64,000 nucleotides of DNA from Octopus vulgaris (Eukaryota), in contig OX597821.1 in NCBI GenBank assembly GCA_951406725.2, forward strand, positions 112,158,001 through 112,222,000, written 5' to 3'. Under the pieces are notes generated by a model, which was given only the letters and a program-made list of their open reading frames with translations, did no database searches and had not been told where the DNA came from. The first letter of the stretch is position 1. The number at the start of each line of letters is the position of its first letter. Made by a program: the position numbers and the translations under genes. This document shows positions 1-14,188 of the stretch, one piece after another.

Positions 1-271
1 AGGGTGTGTAAGCCTGTTTAAGGCCATGTGACTTACTCTTTTCCTTTTACTAGTAAGCAAAAGTGGTTATAGTGAGGAGGAAGAGGAGGGTGATGGTGAG
101 GAGGCTAAGGGAGGAAGAGGAGGAGGAGAAAAAAAGAATGTGGAAGATATGTTAAAGTTGATGGGTATGGATGGAAGGAGATACAATAAAACCAGCACTC
201 TTTCCAATAAACACACACAAACATGTACTCACATATATACATATACACAAACATAACATACAAACACATAT

Positions 272-306
<35 letters not shown>

Positions 307-3300
307 TACATATACATACAGACACACACACAAGCACACATATAGATGTACATACATGTACAAATGCATGCGTATCTCCATGCTACACACCTCTAGCTCT
401 GTGCTCACCATCCAAAGTGGGTTGAGTGGGCGGCGATGGAAGTGGGAATGGTTTTGGGAGAGGTAAATATATATGTATTAAAATATATATAAAAAAATGA
501 GGGGTGGTGGAAATAGGATGGTATAGGAAATGTTAAGATTGATACCAGTGGCTGTTGGTGGGACCAGTGGTGGTAGCAGTGGTGGGTGATGACTATCCAT
601 GATGATGATGATGATATGCTTGAGGGTATTAATAAAACACTTGGAGAAAATTTCTTTACTTGAAATTTTCTCTCATAATTTACAACTTTAATATAAAAGA
701 GGGCAAAACAAATTAATACATAAAATGCCAAAAAATTAAATAAAAATAATAATAATAATAATAATGTTGATGATGATGATGATGATAAAACCCACAGGTT
801 TCTCATTCAAAATTTTTTGATAAAATTCATAAATATCTTACATTGTAAATTTTCTCCGTGAAATTCATGCAATCATAATTTTGATAAAATTCATATTTTT
901 CAGAAATCAAAAAAAAAAATAAATAAAACAAAAGGAAAAAGAACCCCCTCCACCCCACTCCCCAACTGAAACTGCAAACAATGAATGTGTATGTACAAGA
1001 ATGTATGTATGTATGTATGTATGTATATGTGTGTCTTGACAGATATGGGAATATAATATGTTTACAATATTCTTAAGAGATCTTCTGTGATAAACAACAC
1101 AAATGGTAATAATATAATAAAGATTTTCTGGGTACTTTCAGGGCTTCTTGAGAAGAGAAGAGAGATTAAGGGGTACATGGTGTTTGTGTGTATGTACATA
1201 ACTTTTTATCTTTTTACTTGTTTCTGTCATTTGACTGTGGCCATGGTGGAGCACCGCCTTTAGTCGAGCAAATCGACCCCAGGACTTATTCTTTGTAAGC
1301 CTAGTACTTATTCTCACACACAAACATATGTGTGTGCGTGTGCATGCGGACACATCATGACAGTGCATTTAAGAAATTTCTTTCACAACTGCGTGGCTAA
1401 GGTTCAATTCTACTGTGCTGTAGCTTGGGCAAGTCTTTTTCCAATATAGATAGCCCTGGAATGACCAATGCCTTGTGAGCGAATCCAGCAAAAACTGTGT
1501 GGAAGCCTGACACATAAAGGTATATATTTGTGTGTGCTTGAACACGTATATGTCTGTTTGCTCTGCTCCCCTTTGGCAGTAAGTGTTGGTTTGTTGACAT
1601 CCCCATAACTAAGGTGGTTTGGCAAAAGAGCCCAACTTATTAAGCAGCAGACACTAAAGTAGTCAGTTTGATTTCTCTGATGAAATCCTACAAGGTTGTG
1701 CTCCAGTATGGCCGCAACTCAATGAGTGAAATGAGTAAACAAGTAAATGTTATGTGTGCGAGTCAATTTATCAGGATTTCCTCAAACCCTTTAAGGCAAT
1801 GCTCCAGCATGGCCAGCTGCAGCACCAGTGTCTAAAAACCAGTGATGAAATTAAAAAGTGTAAATGTATTTTCATTTGATTCAGTTTGACCAAGACCTCT
1901 GGCATTATGTCGTGCTTGAGAAGACCCATCAAGCTGAGCAAAATCGCAGTCGTGACAGATACCGGTGTCACGTAAATGGCACCTGTGCTGGTGGCATATA
2001 AAAACACCTTTCAAGCATTGGGTGTCAGGGTGGCTGAGACCATTTGTCATTATGCTGGGCTTCGAGTGTTGGGCCTCATGGAGGCAATGACCAAAACCTC
2101 TGGCATTGTGTCGTGCTTGAGAAGAAGACCCATCCAGGCGAAGAAAATCAAAGTCAAGCTGAGCAAAATCCAGTGTCACACAAATTGGCACTCGTGCCGG
2201 TGGCACATAATTGCACCCCAGTGTCACACATATGGCATCTGTGTTGGTGGCATGTAAAAGCATCCATTACATTCTTGGAGTGGGTGGCATTAGGAAGGGC
2301 ATCCAGCTGTAGAAAACCATGCCAAATCAGGCTGGAGTCTGGTACAGCCTTCCAGTATGCCAACCCAGTCAAATTGTCCAACTCATGCCAGCATCGACAA
2401 CGGGCATTAAATGGCGATGATGATGATGTCTATTGTGAAACAACAAAAAAAAGGGCAATTTGTGTAGGGAGAGGGGTTCAACTAAAACCAACAAATCCTT
2501 GCACACAGACACAGAGATCATACACGTGTGTGCGCACACACACACACACACACAGATCATATGCATAGTTTGTTAAAAGTCCTTTGAGAATCTCAATGAG
2601 CTTCAAAAGAATCTCTGTGCAAACATTAGTGCCGTGTGAATGTTTCCGCACACAAGCCATAGCACACACACACACACATACATACACAGTCATAGAGACA
2701 TGTAAATACAAACACAGGTACCAGTTTGTAGTAGGGTCCACACAGACAGCGTTGTGTGTGTGTGTGTGTGGAGGGGGAGAAGTCGAGGTCCAATAGCAAC
2801 AGGAAATGGCTCTCTGAAGAATGCAGGAAGGAAAAAAAAAAAGCATGACAAAAACAAAAACAAACAAAAAAAAAGACTAAAAGGTGAAGGGGAGAGAGAG
2901 AGAGAGGAAGAACAAGAAAGAATTCCTGAATATTGTGCAGCAGCCAGCACAAGCTGAGGGTAGAGAATAGGGAAGAAGAGGGTGATGAGGTGATGATGTG
3001 ATATTTGGCAGATTTACAGGGAACGACGAGATCACCTGGTGCACTGAGATGCACCAATATGCACCGGAACTGCTAAACAGGACGGATGAGTGACGATGAT
3101 CTAATGCTTGGCCATGTCAGTAGAAAATGACGGTAGATTAGGATTAGCTGTCTTAGTGACAAAACATGATTAATTAATGGTGGTGGGGGTGGGGTGGGGT
3201 GGTGGAGGAAGGCTGGAGAAGGAAGTGGGGGGTGTGATGGGTGTAGAGGTGGTGGTGGTGATTATATAATGGTTTGGTTTTAAGGAAGGAAGCAAGGGCA

Positions 3301-3652
3301 AAAATATTTAGAGAACTGTTGTGTTGGAATAAAAAGGTTCTCTCTGATTCTCTTTTTCTCTCACACATATTCTCCTTATGTAAAAGCTTAGACACCACAC
3401 ACACACACACACACACATAATGCTATCATGTGATTAACCAGAGTATGGGATGTTGTTATACATCACTGATCACAATGCGCATTTTTTCCTTGTTTTAGCC
3501 TTCAAGTGATGCCACCCTGCTGGGTAGGTGAGCAGGCCAGCATTCCCTCTAATTAGAAGGCTATTCCATCACAGAGTTACCTATGTACAGGTGAGTGGAC
3601 AGGAGCAATGTGTATGTATGTATGTATATGTATGTATGTATATGTATGTATG

Positions 3653-3704
<52 letters not shown>

Positions 3705-4355
3705 TGCATATCTTCTTCATGCTCACTTTTCCATGCATGCATGGGTCAGATGGAATTCACACAAGCATTTTCTATGTCCCTCTGGCCTTCCCAACACCAA
3801 CATTTACCTGTTTTGAGATCAGTATAAACCTTCAGCATGTTATGTTTGGCCCAAATATCCAACAAGTTTTACGTTCAAACCAACCAGATCTGACCTCTCA
3901 CACTTACCCTACAATGTCATTTTTAAAAATACGCAACCGCACCATCGAAATCTCGAAGCTAAGAGATGATGCATGCTTCATTCAAAGTGATGTAAATAAA
4001 CAAGAATTACATTTGGCAGAAGAATCTGCCCAGTGCTAAATGACTAAAACATGGAATTTGTATCACAGAAGCTGGGGAGGTTACAGGCAAGTTGGTGACA
4101 AAATGGTAACTTCTAAATGTGCACACTAAACTGAGTGAAGTCTTAGCAAACAATTGAGAATGGTGCCAAGGTTAGAACACCAGAATAGTTACCAAACATT
4201 TGGATCTCATTTGAGATGTAAACAGGAGCTTGTAAGAAATATATTTACAAATCCCAGAGACCTGTTTGTTTGTTTGTTTGGTAATTGTAAATTATTCATT
4301 ACAACCGTAGTCGGTATATTAAATATCATAATTGTTTAGAAAAAAATACACACAC

Positions 4356-4402
<47 letters not shown>

Positions 4403-4615
4403 TATATGTGTATATGATAAATGCACACACAAGCGTGCAGGCGTGGTGGCGTGGTTAAGAATTGCAACTATGTGGCTTTGAGTTCAGTACAACTGTGTAC
4501 CCTCTTGCACAGGTGCCCTCTATTATAACCCAGCCAACCAATGTTCTGTGAGTGAATTTGGAAGAGAGAAATTGAGTGGAAGCCCACCATATATATATAT
4601 ATATATATGGCCATC

Positions 4616-4654
<39 letters not shown>

Positions 4655-4870
4655 AGCGTGGCCGTTCGCCAGCCTCGTCTGGCACCTGTGTCGGTGGCAT
4701 AAAATCACCCACTACACTCTCGGAGTGGTTGGCGTTATAGCTGTATAGATCATAGTATAACCGTGTATGGATACGATGATGATGATGATGATGATGATAT
4801 ATATATATATATATATATATATATCATAGATACATACCTACATCTATACGTATATATAAGCAAATGTAGG

Positions 4871-4905
<35 letters not shown>

Positions 4906-5121
4906 GTTGTCTTGCAAACAACTTGCACATGCAAGTGCTACCAGTTAAAAACTCCATATACCAGAAGCTAGCAAGTGTATGGGGTCATCAAGAGAGAATG
5001 CGCGCCGTTTCGGGGCCTACCTCTTGACGGCATCAATGCGCACCGGACCCCCTCACTGATATGAGGCCCCGCTTGCTAGATCAGCTAGTTATGAAGTTAA
5101 ACTCAATATACTTCTAGCCAT

Positions 5122-5478
5122 TCTTTTATTTGTTTCAATGAATTTGACTGTGGCCATGCTGGAGCACCGCCTTTACTTGAACAAATCGACCCCAGGACTT
5201 ATTCTTTGTAAGCCTAGTACTTATTCTATCGGTCTCTTTGCCGAACCACTAAGTTACGGGGGCATAAACAAACAAAAATCGGTTGTCAAGTGATGGAGGG
5301 GGAGGGGCAAACACAGACACAAAGACATATACATATATATCCACAACAGGCTTCTTTCAGTTTCCGTCTACCAAATTTACTCACAAGGCTTTGGGTCGGC
5401 CCGAGGCTATAGTAGAAGACACTTGCTCAAGGTGTCACACAATGGGACTGAACCCAGAACCACACAGCCACATCTGTG
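5122..5478 (-). mobile_element. SINE family B copy
   Basis: Reverse complement of 24326-24777. Confidence 0.8.
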
Positions 5479-5493
5479 CCTATATATATATAT

Positions 5494-5539
<46 letters not shown>

Positions 5540-6415
5540 TCACATAAAAAGCGCCCTGCACACTGTCTTAAGTGGTTGGCATTAGGAAGGGCAGCCAACC
5601 ATAGAAACCATGACACAACAGATAGCTGGAGTTGGGACGGCTCCCGGCCAGTCAGCTCCATGTCCAACTGTCCAACCCATGCCAGCATGGAAAGTGGATG
5701 ATGATGATGATGACGACACACATATGATGGGTTTCCAAACAGTTTCAATCTATCAAAATTCTCTCACAAGGCAGTTGTCAGTCGGTCGGGTGGGTGGGGC
5801 ATAGTAGAAGACACTCGTTCAATGTGGCACGAAGTGGGACTGAACCAGATATCCAAATTATTGCAAAGCGAGCGTTTCAATTACACAGATATTGAATATC
5901 ACAATTGGCAACTATGAAATCATTCGGATTACAGCTCATAGAATAATAATAATAATAATAATAATAATGATAATAATAATAAAAAGAAAAGAATTGGTTC
6001 CACTTTTAACATTAAACCAATCATATTAGTTTCCACCAGTTTTGACTTAACGACCCCCTCACTTTAATACAAATTAATTTTGAAATCGGAATATAAGGAA
6101 TCTCACAAAAGAAATGAACTTTTAACCTTTTTAGGAAGGAGAAATTTGCTGTTTTTAATCACAAACCACTAATTCAATCAATTTACAAAGAAAAGTTGGA
6201 AAAATTTTAGTGAATGATTGTTTTTGTTTGACGGTGTGTGTGTGTATATGTGTGCATGGTGTGTATATATATGTACGTATAGGTATGTGTACAGGTATGT
6301 TGAATGTATGTGTATGTATGTATGCATGTATGTGTATATATATGTATGTGTGTATATGTGTGCAAGTATATGTATAGGTGTGTATTGCTATATGTGTGCA
6401 TGTATATATGTATAC

Positions 6416-6449
<34 letters not shown>

Positions 6450-6467
6450 TTATGTGTGTGTGTGTAT

Positions 6468-6506
<39 letters not shown>

Positions 6507-6954
6507 CTTATATATGTATATGTATATATGCTTCTGCCATTTTTGATTTAGCAATAATGAACACCAAGTTAATGACACTGCAATTATTACTAATATTTCA
6601 TCTGTAGTAGTAGTAGTAGCAGCAGCAGCAGTTGTAGTAGTAGTAGTAGTCAGGTGCCCTTTAACAAGAACCTGGCCACCACCACCACCACCTCCACATT
6701 GTCTGCTCATTACCTCCTCATCTCACAGCTGCCACCCCCACCCTCCGCATCAACCCACTGCTTCACTGTAATTACTACTAAATCAATTATTACCTTCAAC
6801 TATCACAATTGCTATTATTACCAATTGCTGCTGCTACCGGTAGCAGCAGCAGCAGCAGCAGCAGCAGCATTGTTGCCACCACAATTATAGCTATGTCAAT
6901 CTCCTTCATGGCAACCACCACCACCTCCTCCTCCACCACCACCACCATCATTAT

Positions 6955-6985
<31 letters not shown>

Positions 6986-7382
6986 ATTACTGCTGTCAGT
7001 TACCATGGCCCCCACTACCACCACCTTCCTCTCCCCCCCCACATAATGTCAATCATCATCACACACACCCCTTCCACTACCACCATGCCCACCACCCTTA
7101 AAATTATTACTATGATCAAACGTTATTATCACTATCATTATCATTTTTTGATAATGGTCATTATAGTTATACAAGCCTGATCAATCCCTTGACAAAGCAG
7201 ACCTATCCTTTAATCACAGCTAATCCACCCACGACCATCCCATCTTGTTCATCTGGCACTATATTATCCAACATGCCCTACCTATTATTGTTTTTTTTAA
7301 AGATAGAAATAAGTAATTTGATGGGCAATTGACTGCTATTTCTAAAAGGGCAAGTGACCACAAGACTTCCTTTGACTCGTTT

Positions 7383-7805
7383 CAACAAGACTTGTTTTTG
7401 TTAGTGTTGCTGTTTAACCCTAGGTCGGACCTGTGACCAAAGACGTTCCTACCATGAGCAAACGTCTTGAATGACATCATCAAATCAAACAGGTGTTTTC
7501 TGTTACTATGTGTTGTTTAGCCCTTGGTTGGATATGTGATCAAAGACCTTCCAGTAATGACCAACACCCTAGATGACATCAACTCAAACAGGTGTTTTTT
7601 GTTACTATGTGTTGTTTAGCCCTAGGTTAGATATGTCATCAAAGACCTTCTAGTAATGACCAACACCCTGGATGACATCAACTCAAACAGGTGTTTTTTG
7701 TTACTGTGTGTTGTTTAGCCCTAGGTTAGATATGTGATCAAAGACCTTCTAGTAATGACCAACACCCTGGATGACAACATCAAATCAAACAGGTGTTCTT
7801 TGTCA
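7383..7805. repeat. Minisatellite, ~4 x 99-bp
   Basis: caaacaggtgtt at 7486, 7585, 7684 and 7786, plus a diverged first unit. Confidence 0.9.
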
Positions 7806-9725
7806 CTATATATATATATATTGATATATATTTTTTTAAAGTTTACAACTTATTCTTTTGGTCTCTCTAGCTGAACCACTAAGTTACAGGGGTGTAGATG
7901 GAAACACACCAACACTGGTCATCTAGTGATGGTGAGGACAAACACACAAACAGATGATGGGCTTCTTCCAGTCTCCATCTATCAAATCCACCCACAAGGC
8001 CAGGGTTGGACTGGAACTCAGAACCATGTGGATGGGAAACGAGCTTCCAAAACAGTCTTCACCACCACCACCACCACTATTACCACCACCACTACCACTG
8101 TCAGGCTTTGGTCAGTTGTGAAGAGAATTTCTCAGATTAAGACCATGAACCGTAATGGTCAATATTTATTGGAGAAGGGCGATTTTTAACTTCAATACTT
8201 TTCTGGCGAGGCTTAAAAGGGTACCAGTTGTGTACTGGGGAGTCTATTTCATCCAGTCCATTGTTTTAATAACATATAAGAACAAAATAAAAAATAAAAA
8301 AAAACTCAAAAAGCCACCACCACCACAATGATCATCATCATCATCACCACTGCCAACACTACCAACACCAGTGGTGATGCTTGTAGTAGTAGTCACAATA
8401 ACAGTAGCAACAGTAGTAGTAGTAGTATTAGTGGTAGTAGTACCAGCAATAATAGTAGTAGTTGTAGTAGTACTAGTAGTACCAGCAATAGTAGTGGTAG
8501 TAGTAGCAATAGTATAAACAGCAGTAGTATTAATAGTAATAGTAGTAGTAGCAGTAGTAGTAGTAGCAGCAACAGTATTAGTATTAGTAGTAGTAGTAGC
8601 AGCAGTAGCAGTTATAATAGTAGTAAGAGGTTAAGGGCTGTGTCAATGATGACAAGAGTATTTTCTCTAGAAACTCTCAGATTTACCAAAACATTATCAT
8701 TATTGTTGTTGTTGTTGTTGTTGTTGTTAAGTTGGATAATTGAAACTGGAAATGCCAAGATATTGTCGAAAAGGAAAAAAGAAAATATTCAGAAATAAAT
8801 AAAAACAAATAAAGTGAAATATATCTCTGCCATCTTCAAATTACTTTTTATTCATCGTTGATTACAATGATAATAATTATTATTATTATTGCAGTCCTTT
8901 TTAAGTCGTTAGTTTGTTTTAATTAATTCTAGTGTTTGTCAGATCAACAACAATAAGAAAAAAAATTTAGAGAATAAAAAAGTCTGTAAGGTAAAAAGTA
9001 AAGAAAGAAAAAAACACCAAAAAATAAAAAGGGGGGAGTAACTATAAATAAGTAGGAACTTAAGTTTATTGAGAAATGTCAAAGGTGGTAGGGGAGGGTA
9101 GGGTGGGGCATAGAGACCTGAGTAGTGGTGAGAGGAAGATAGAATGTAGGTATGTGTGTGTAGGGGGGAAGGAGAGGGAGAGACAGTGTGAAAGAAAGTG
9201 GTTGTATGTGTGAGAGAAAGAGAGAAGGAGAGTGTGAGAAGCTCTGTGTGTGTGTGTGTGCATGTGAGTGAGAGTGAATGACAAACTATGTGAAAGGATG
9301 AGAAAGAGAGAGAGAGAGGAAAAACAGTATGTGAAAGAGAGAGAGAGAGAGATAAGGAGAGTGAATGGGTATGTGTGAGCGGGACATAGAGATTGGGTGT
9401 ATTTGAAGATTTAACAATCGCAAAAAGGTTACATCAACTGAGACACACACAGACGCAGACATGCACACATGAGACAATGAGAAATAAAAAGCAGGGTCAA
9501 GAGTAAAGTAAAGTTCCTGATAAGCATTCTGCTACATCTGAGATTCACCCTCACCACTGTCCACTCTCTCTCCCTCAGAAAAACTTCATTTTACAACTGT
9601 CCTGCGTGTGTATTTATTCAGTTTAATTTATAAAAGCAAGCTTAAATAGTAAATCAAACAAGTTGCAAAAATGCATGACTTATGCAAATCAGTTTCGCCT
9701 ATTTATAGCCCTTGATCATGGACTC

Positions 9726-9756
<31 letters not shown>

Positions 9757-9760
<4 letters not shown>

Positions 9761-9960
9761 AGAGTTTACGAAAAAACAAAAGACGAAGACAGGTGGTGTA
9801 CAAAACAAACAGATGTATTAGTATAACGCTCAGGAATAGAAAAAGTCTTTTACGTTTCGAGCCTACGCTCTTCTACAGAAAAGGACACAGAAAAAGCAAG
9901 GAGAGAAACAAGGAGAGAAAAATGTGTGTAGTGGCTAATGATCTATCATGGCGACTGACC
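9757..9960 (-). mobile_element. Penelope-like pLTR remnant in (TA)n with degenerate minimal hammerhead motif
   Basis: Minus strand ctgtagaa-gagc-gtag-gctc-gaaacgta. A homologous copy lies in the opposite orientation at 33326-33511. Confidence 0.55.
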
Positions 9961-10698
9961 ATGTGTATATATATATATACATACACACATGCACGTTTTT
10001 GTGTAAGTGTTCTTGGGGATAGTAATGGATGGATACTCAGTTGCTGATGAGATCACTGAATAGGAGTGAAACCAGATTTACAGAATGTTGGCTGAAATCT
10101 ATAGATTTATTTTATACTTCATTTTGCTGCTTAAAAAAAAACAATTAGCTCATCATTAATTTATTTACTGAACTAGCTGTTGAGAATGCTAATCAAATCT
10201 TGAAGGAAAATATTGTCATGGAAGAGCTTTTACAAAGAAACAGTTCTAGAATAAAGAGTTTGAGAAATTCTTTGATAATGGAACTTAGCGATGAGATACA
10301 GAAGGAATGCTGGTGAGAGGTGGATGGTATGACTGGATTGGTGGAAATAATGAGATATGGATTGCTTGTTCAAAGGATCAGCAACTATTGTTAATTACAG
10401 TAGAAATTACAGAATCTGCAATGCCTGTGTGTGTGTGTGTGTGTAGGTTTGCCCTAAAAGTCAGATAATTGGTATGGATTAAACGAAATCACAGTGGAAT
10501 GCTTTGAAAGTAGTTGGCGCTATATTGGAGATGAGAGAAATAATTATATTAATTATATTTATTAATGTTAAAGAGAAAACCCTACGTTGCCACAGTAAAA
10601 GTACACTAACGAATATACAACAAGCTAGAGTTAACAAATATACACAAAATTAGATATACAAATGTGTGTTTATGTACATGTGTGTGTGTGTGTGTGTG

Positions 10699-11291
10699 TA
10701 GTAAATGCAATAAACATCAGAAAGAATAGCACAGTAAGAACAAAGTTGACAAATATGGTGTTAGCTAGATGCTTTAGATGGGAAAAGATGGTGTCTTAAC
10801 GTTTTGGTCATTAGTCCTTCATCAGAACAAAAAATCAAAACTAAAATAAAGGTAGAGGATGAGTGACAATAGTGAGTGTATATATAAAAAAAAAAAACAG
10901 GGAGTTAAGAGACTGGATGAAAATGAGGAGCTAGAATGTATGAAACCGGTGTGGTCAAGAAGCTTCAGTTCCAGCAGATGGCAAACTGACAGAATATATA
11001 TATATAAATATAAATTCATTTGAATTAAATTATGGCTTGTACTGTAGGGTTCGGCGAACCTATTTTACACATACTTATGGGTTTAAAAAAATTAAAATAT
11101 ATGAGAAAGTGATATAGGTGCCTGATGATTGGGGTTATATTTTAAGAATGGTCCAGCAAAATGGTGTGGTTTAGGAACTGGGAAATATACCTCATGAAAT
11201 ATGTGTAGCCAAGTTATAAAGTAGTAGGTATTTAAAATAAAAATTATTTTTTATATGGTGAGATGAAGGGGCCTACTATCTCTAAATGAAA

Positions 11292-11295
<4 letters not shown>
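10699..11295 (-). mobile_element. Probable Penelope-like remnant
   Basis: Minus strand ctgatgaagg-actaatga-cc-aaaacgtt at ~10798-10825. The element is bounded by (TG)n and (TA)n. Confidence 0.4.
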
Positions 11296-11328
<33 letters not shown>

Positions 11329-11770
11329 ATACGACAAATTGTTTTGTAACTTAAAATCATGTGAACAATTTATATTATATTTAGATGTTTTTAAGTTACG
11401 AAACAATTTATTGTGATATGAGAATTTTCACACACACACACACGCTGATACACACCTGTGCCAGTCTCTCTCATATATTTTAACCTCTCGACAACTAGTG
11501 TAGAGTCACTTTTCCCTCTACTTCAACCTCACTCAGTTGAGGGAGCCTCATTGTTTTCCACAAGTGCAGGTGTCCTGAAAAAGGAGGCAGATTACTGTCT
11601 GTAAAATGGTTGGCATTAGATGGGTATCCAACAACAAAAACCTTTCTAAAGGTGGCACTGGACCTCAACACCATCCTTTGGCTTATTGGATTCTGTCAAG
11701 CCATCCAACCCATGCCAGCATAGAAGACAGATGTTACATGATTATATGTATGTGTGTGTGGTTGGATATA

Positions 11771-11912
11771 TTTTATGACAGATGTTTTGGTAGAATGTTA
11801 TTGATGTATTCACAGATTACGTCATAGCAGATAATCCACCATATGGTGAATTATATGCCAGTAATCTATGAAATATACCAATAAAATTCTACCGAAACAG
11901 CTGTTGTAAATT
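11771..11912. repeat. Imperfect ~140-bp palindrome with GAAACAGCTGT (Penelope-like inverted terminus)
   Basis: Arms tttatgacagatgttttggtagaatgttattg / caataaaattctaccgaaacagctgttgtaaa around the centre caccatatggtg. Confidence 0.6.
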
Positions 11913-12499
11913 TAAAACCTTATTTACATTCTATTTTATACCACATTTATTTCATATTTTGTACCTATGTCGCACCTAGAACCAGCCCTGTGTCAGATCT
12001 TCCATTTAAATTGGAACTGACACACATCTACATATCTAGAATATCCTATCAACACATAACATCTTCACTACAAACCCTATGTTATTGCACCTAGCCACTT
12101 CTGGCATCCTATATGCTGATGTGCCTGGATTCTAACGAATCCTATAACTAATCAATATGTTTAGATATATATTATGAAATTTCATGATTGGTGTCTGACC
12201 AATTCTCTAACCCGTTCATCAACTGTTTAGTCAGACGATAAATATGCATGGACAGTAACTGGCAGCAAAATAAGAGTGGCGGGGAAGGGTCGGGTAAGTT
12301 GAAGCTGATGGAACTTGCAGGAAGTCTACGAAGAGCCAGACTCTTGTCAAACAATGTCTTTTGCTCAGCTGGTGACATTTTTTTGAAAGATGATAGTTCC
12401 TTGTGGCCATGTATGTTTTTTTATCGATTTTGGTTTTTTTTTAGGATAAACGAAAACCATTTTATTTTATTCATGGAAAATATTACAGTCTTTCTCCAA

Positions 12500-12542
<43 letters not shown>

Positions 12543-12879
12543 AACACACACATGTGCACACACATTTAATGAGGTAGACAGACCTGGACAAACAGACAGA
12601 AACACCTCGTTGATCTATATCTTTTGCTTTGAATGCAATACAATAGTAAAAACCTTTGCAGAATCCTGGTATGTGCATGTGTTTGTGTGTGTGTGTGTGT
12701 GTATGTCAGCGTGTGTTTTGGAAAATTTTGATGTTCTACTGCTGTGAACGTTAAGTGATCCAACACAAAAACTATTGTTTTCTATAAAGCCAACACCACT
12801 GATTGTTACTTAGAGATAGTAATGATAATAATAATAATAATAATAATAATGATAATAATGACAATAATAATAATAATTA

Positions 12880-13270
12880 GATTGACCCCAGTACGCAACT
12901 GGTACTTAATTCATCAACCCCGAAAGGATGAAAGGCAAAGCCGACCTCAGCAGAATTTGAACTCAGAACATAAAGACAGACGAAATACCACTAAGCCTTT
13001 TGTCTGGCGTGCTAACGTTTCTGCCAGCTCACTGCGTTTGTTCTAGAAAATATTCTTTTCTACTCTGGGCACAAGGCCCAAAATTTTTTGAGGTGGGGGC
13101 CAGTCGATTAGATCAACCCAGTACGCAGCTGGTACTCAATTTATCAGCCCCGAAAGGATGTAAAGCAAAGTTAACCTTGGCAGAATTTGAACTCAGAATG
13201 TAAAGACAGATGAAATACCACTAAGCATTTTGCCCGGCATGCTTAACGTTTCTGCCAGCTTGCCGCCTTA
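12880..13270 (-). mobile_element. Two tandem SINE family A copies
   Basis: Two copies of gaccccag..ctggtact..cccgaaaggatg..gaatttgaactcagaa..ctgccagct. Confidence 0.8.
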
Positions 13271-13373
13271 TAATAATGTTGTTCACATCATAAGACTGAC
13301 ATTTTCTCTGCAGTATTTACATGTTATCATTTATAGCTTTATCTCTTTCAAGAGCCAGTTCCAAAATTATTAA

Positions 13374-13620
13374 TACTTTATTGGCCACAAGGGCCAAAAA
13401 CATATTTAAGACATTACAAAGACAAAGGGCTGTAGGGATTTATTATATAACCATATATAAACAATTAAAAGAAAAACAAATATGATCAATGAGAAAAAAA
13501 ATAACAACAAAACTGTCTTGTTAGGATGAGAGTATTAGCTAGGGGCAACCAAGGAACCCTAATGATTGGGGATCAAGCCAAGGGTGCTACATGGATGTGT
13601 CCTTCTAGCATGCAATTTAC
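13374..13620 (-). mobile_element. 3' UTR fragment of Tx1/L1-clade LINE
   Basis: Shares the terminus cccttgtggccaataaag with the two other Tx1-like copies. Confidence 0.55.
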
Positions 13621-14188
13621 AAGGAAAAGGAAGAGGAGGAAGCGAAGGTGATTAAAAAAGATGAAGAACAAGAAGGTGAAGAAAAAGTAAATGAGAAAGA
13701 GAGGAAGAAGGCGAAGGAAAAGATGAAGGAGAGAAGAAGCAAGAAGACTAAATGGGCCAGGAAGATGATGAAGAATCAAGACAATGAGAGGAGGAGGAGG
13801 AGGAGGAGGTGGAAGAGAAGCAGGAGTAGTAAGAGTAGGAGGAGGAGAATGAAGAAAAGAAGCAGGAGGAGGAGGTGGAGAAGGAAGAAAAGGAGGAAAA
13901 GCAGAGGAGTAAGAGTAAGAGGAGAAGGAAGAAAAGGAGAAGCAAGAGGAGGAGTTGAAGGAAGAAAAGGAGGAAAAGCAGAGTAGTAAGAGTAGGAGAA
14001 GGAGGAAAAGGAGAAGCGGGAGAAAGAGTTGAAGGAAGAAAAGAAGAAGCAGATGGAGGAGAAGCAGGGGGAAGAGAAGCAAGAGGAGGAAAAAGAAGAA
14101 AAGGAAATGCAGCAGCAGAAGAAGAAGAAGAATGAGAAGAAGAAAAAGAAGAATGAGAAGAAGAAGACGAAGAAGAAGAAAGAAGGAG
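13620..14188 (+). repeat. Polypurine (GAA/GGA) low-complexity tract
   Basis: Nearly pure A/G, with repeated aaaggaggaaaagcagag.agtaagagta units. Confidence 0.85.

Noticed and set aside
10040-10085. CTGATGA...GAAAC hammerhead-like spacing
   Set aside because: No adequate stem II or stem III pairing. Likely a chance match.
12248-12577. ORF containing SGGEGSG, reminiscent of glypican heparan-sulfate attachment sites
   Set aside because: It is on the opposite strand to the glypican exon, has no acidic cluster, and runs into simple repeats.
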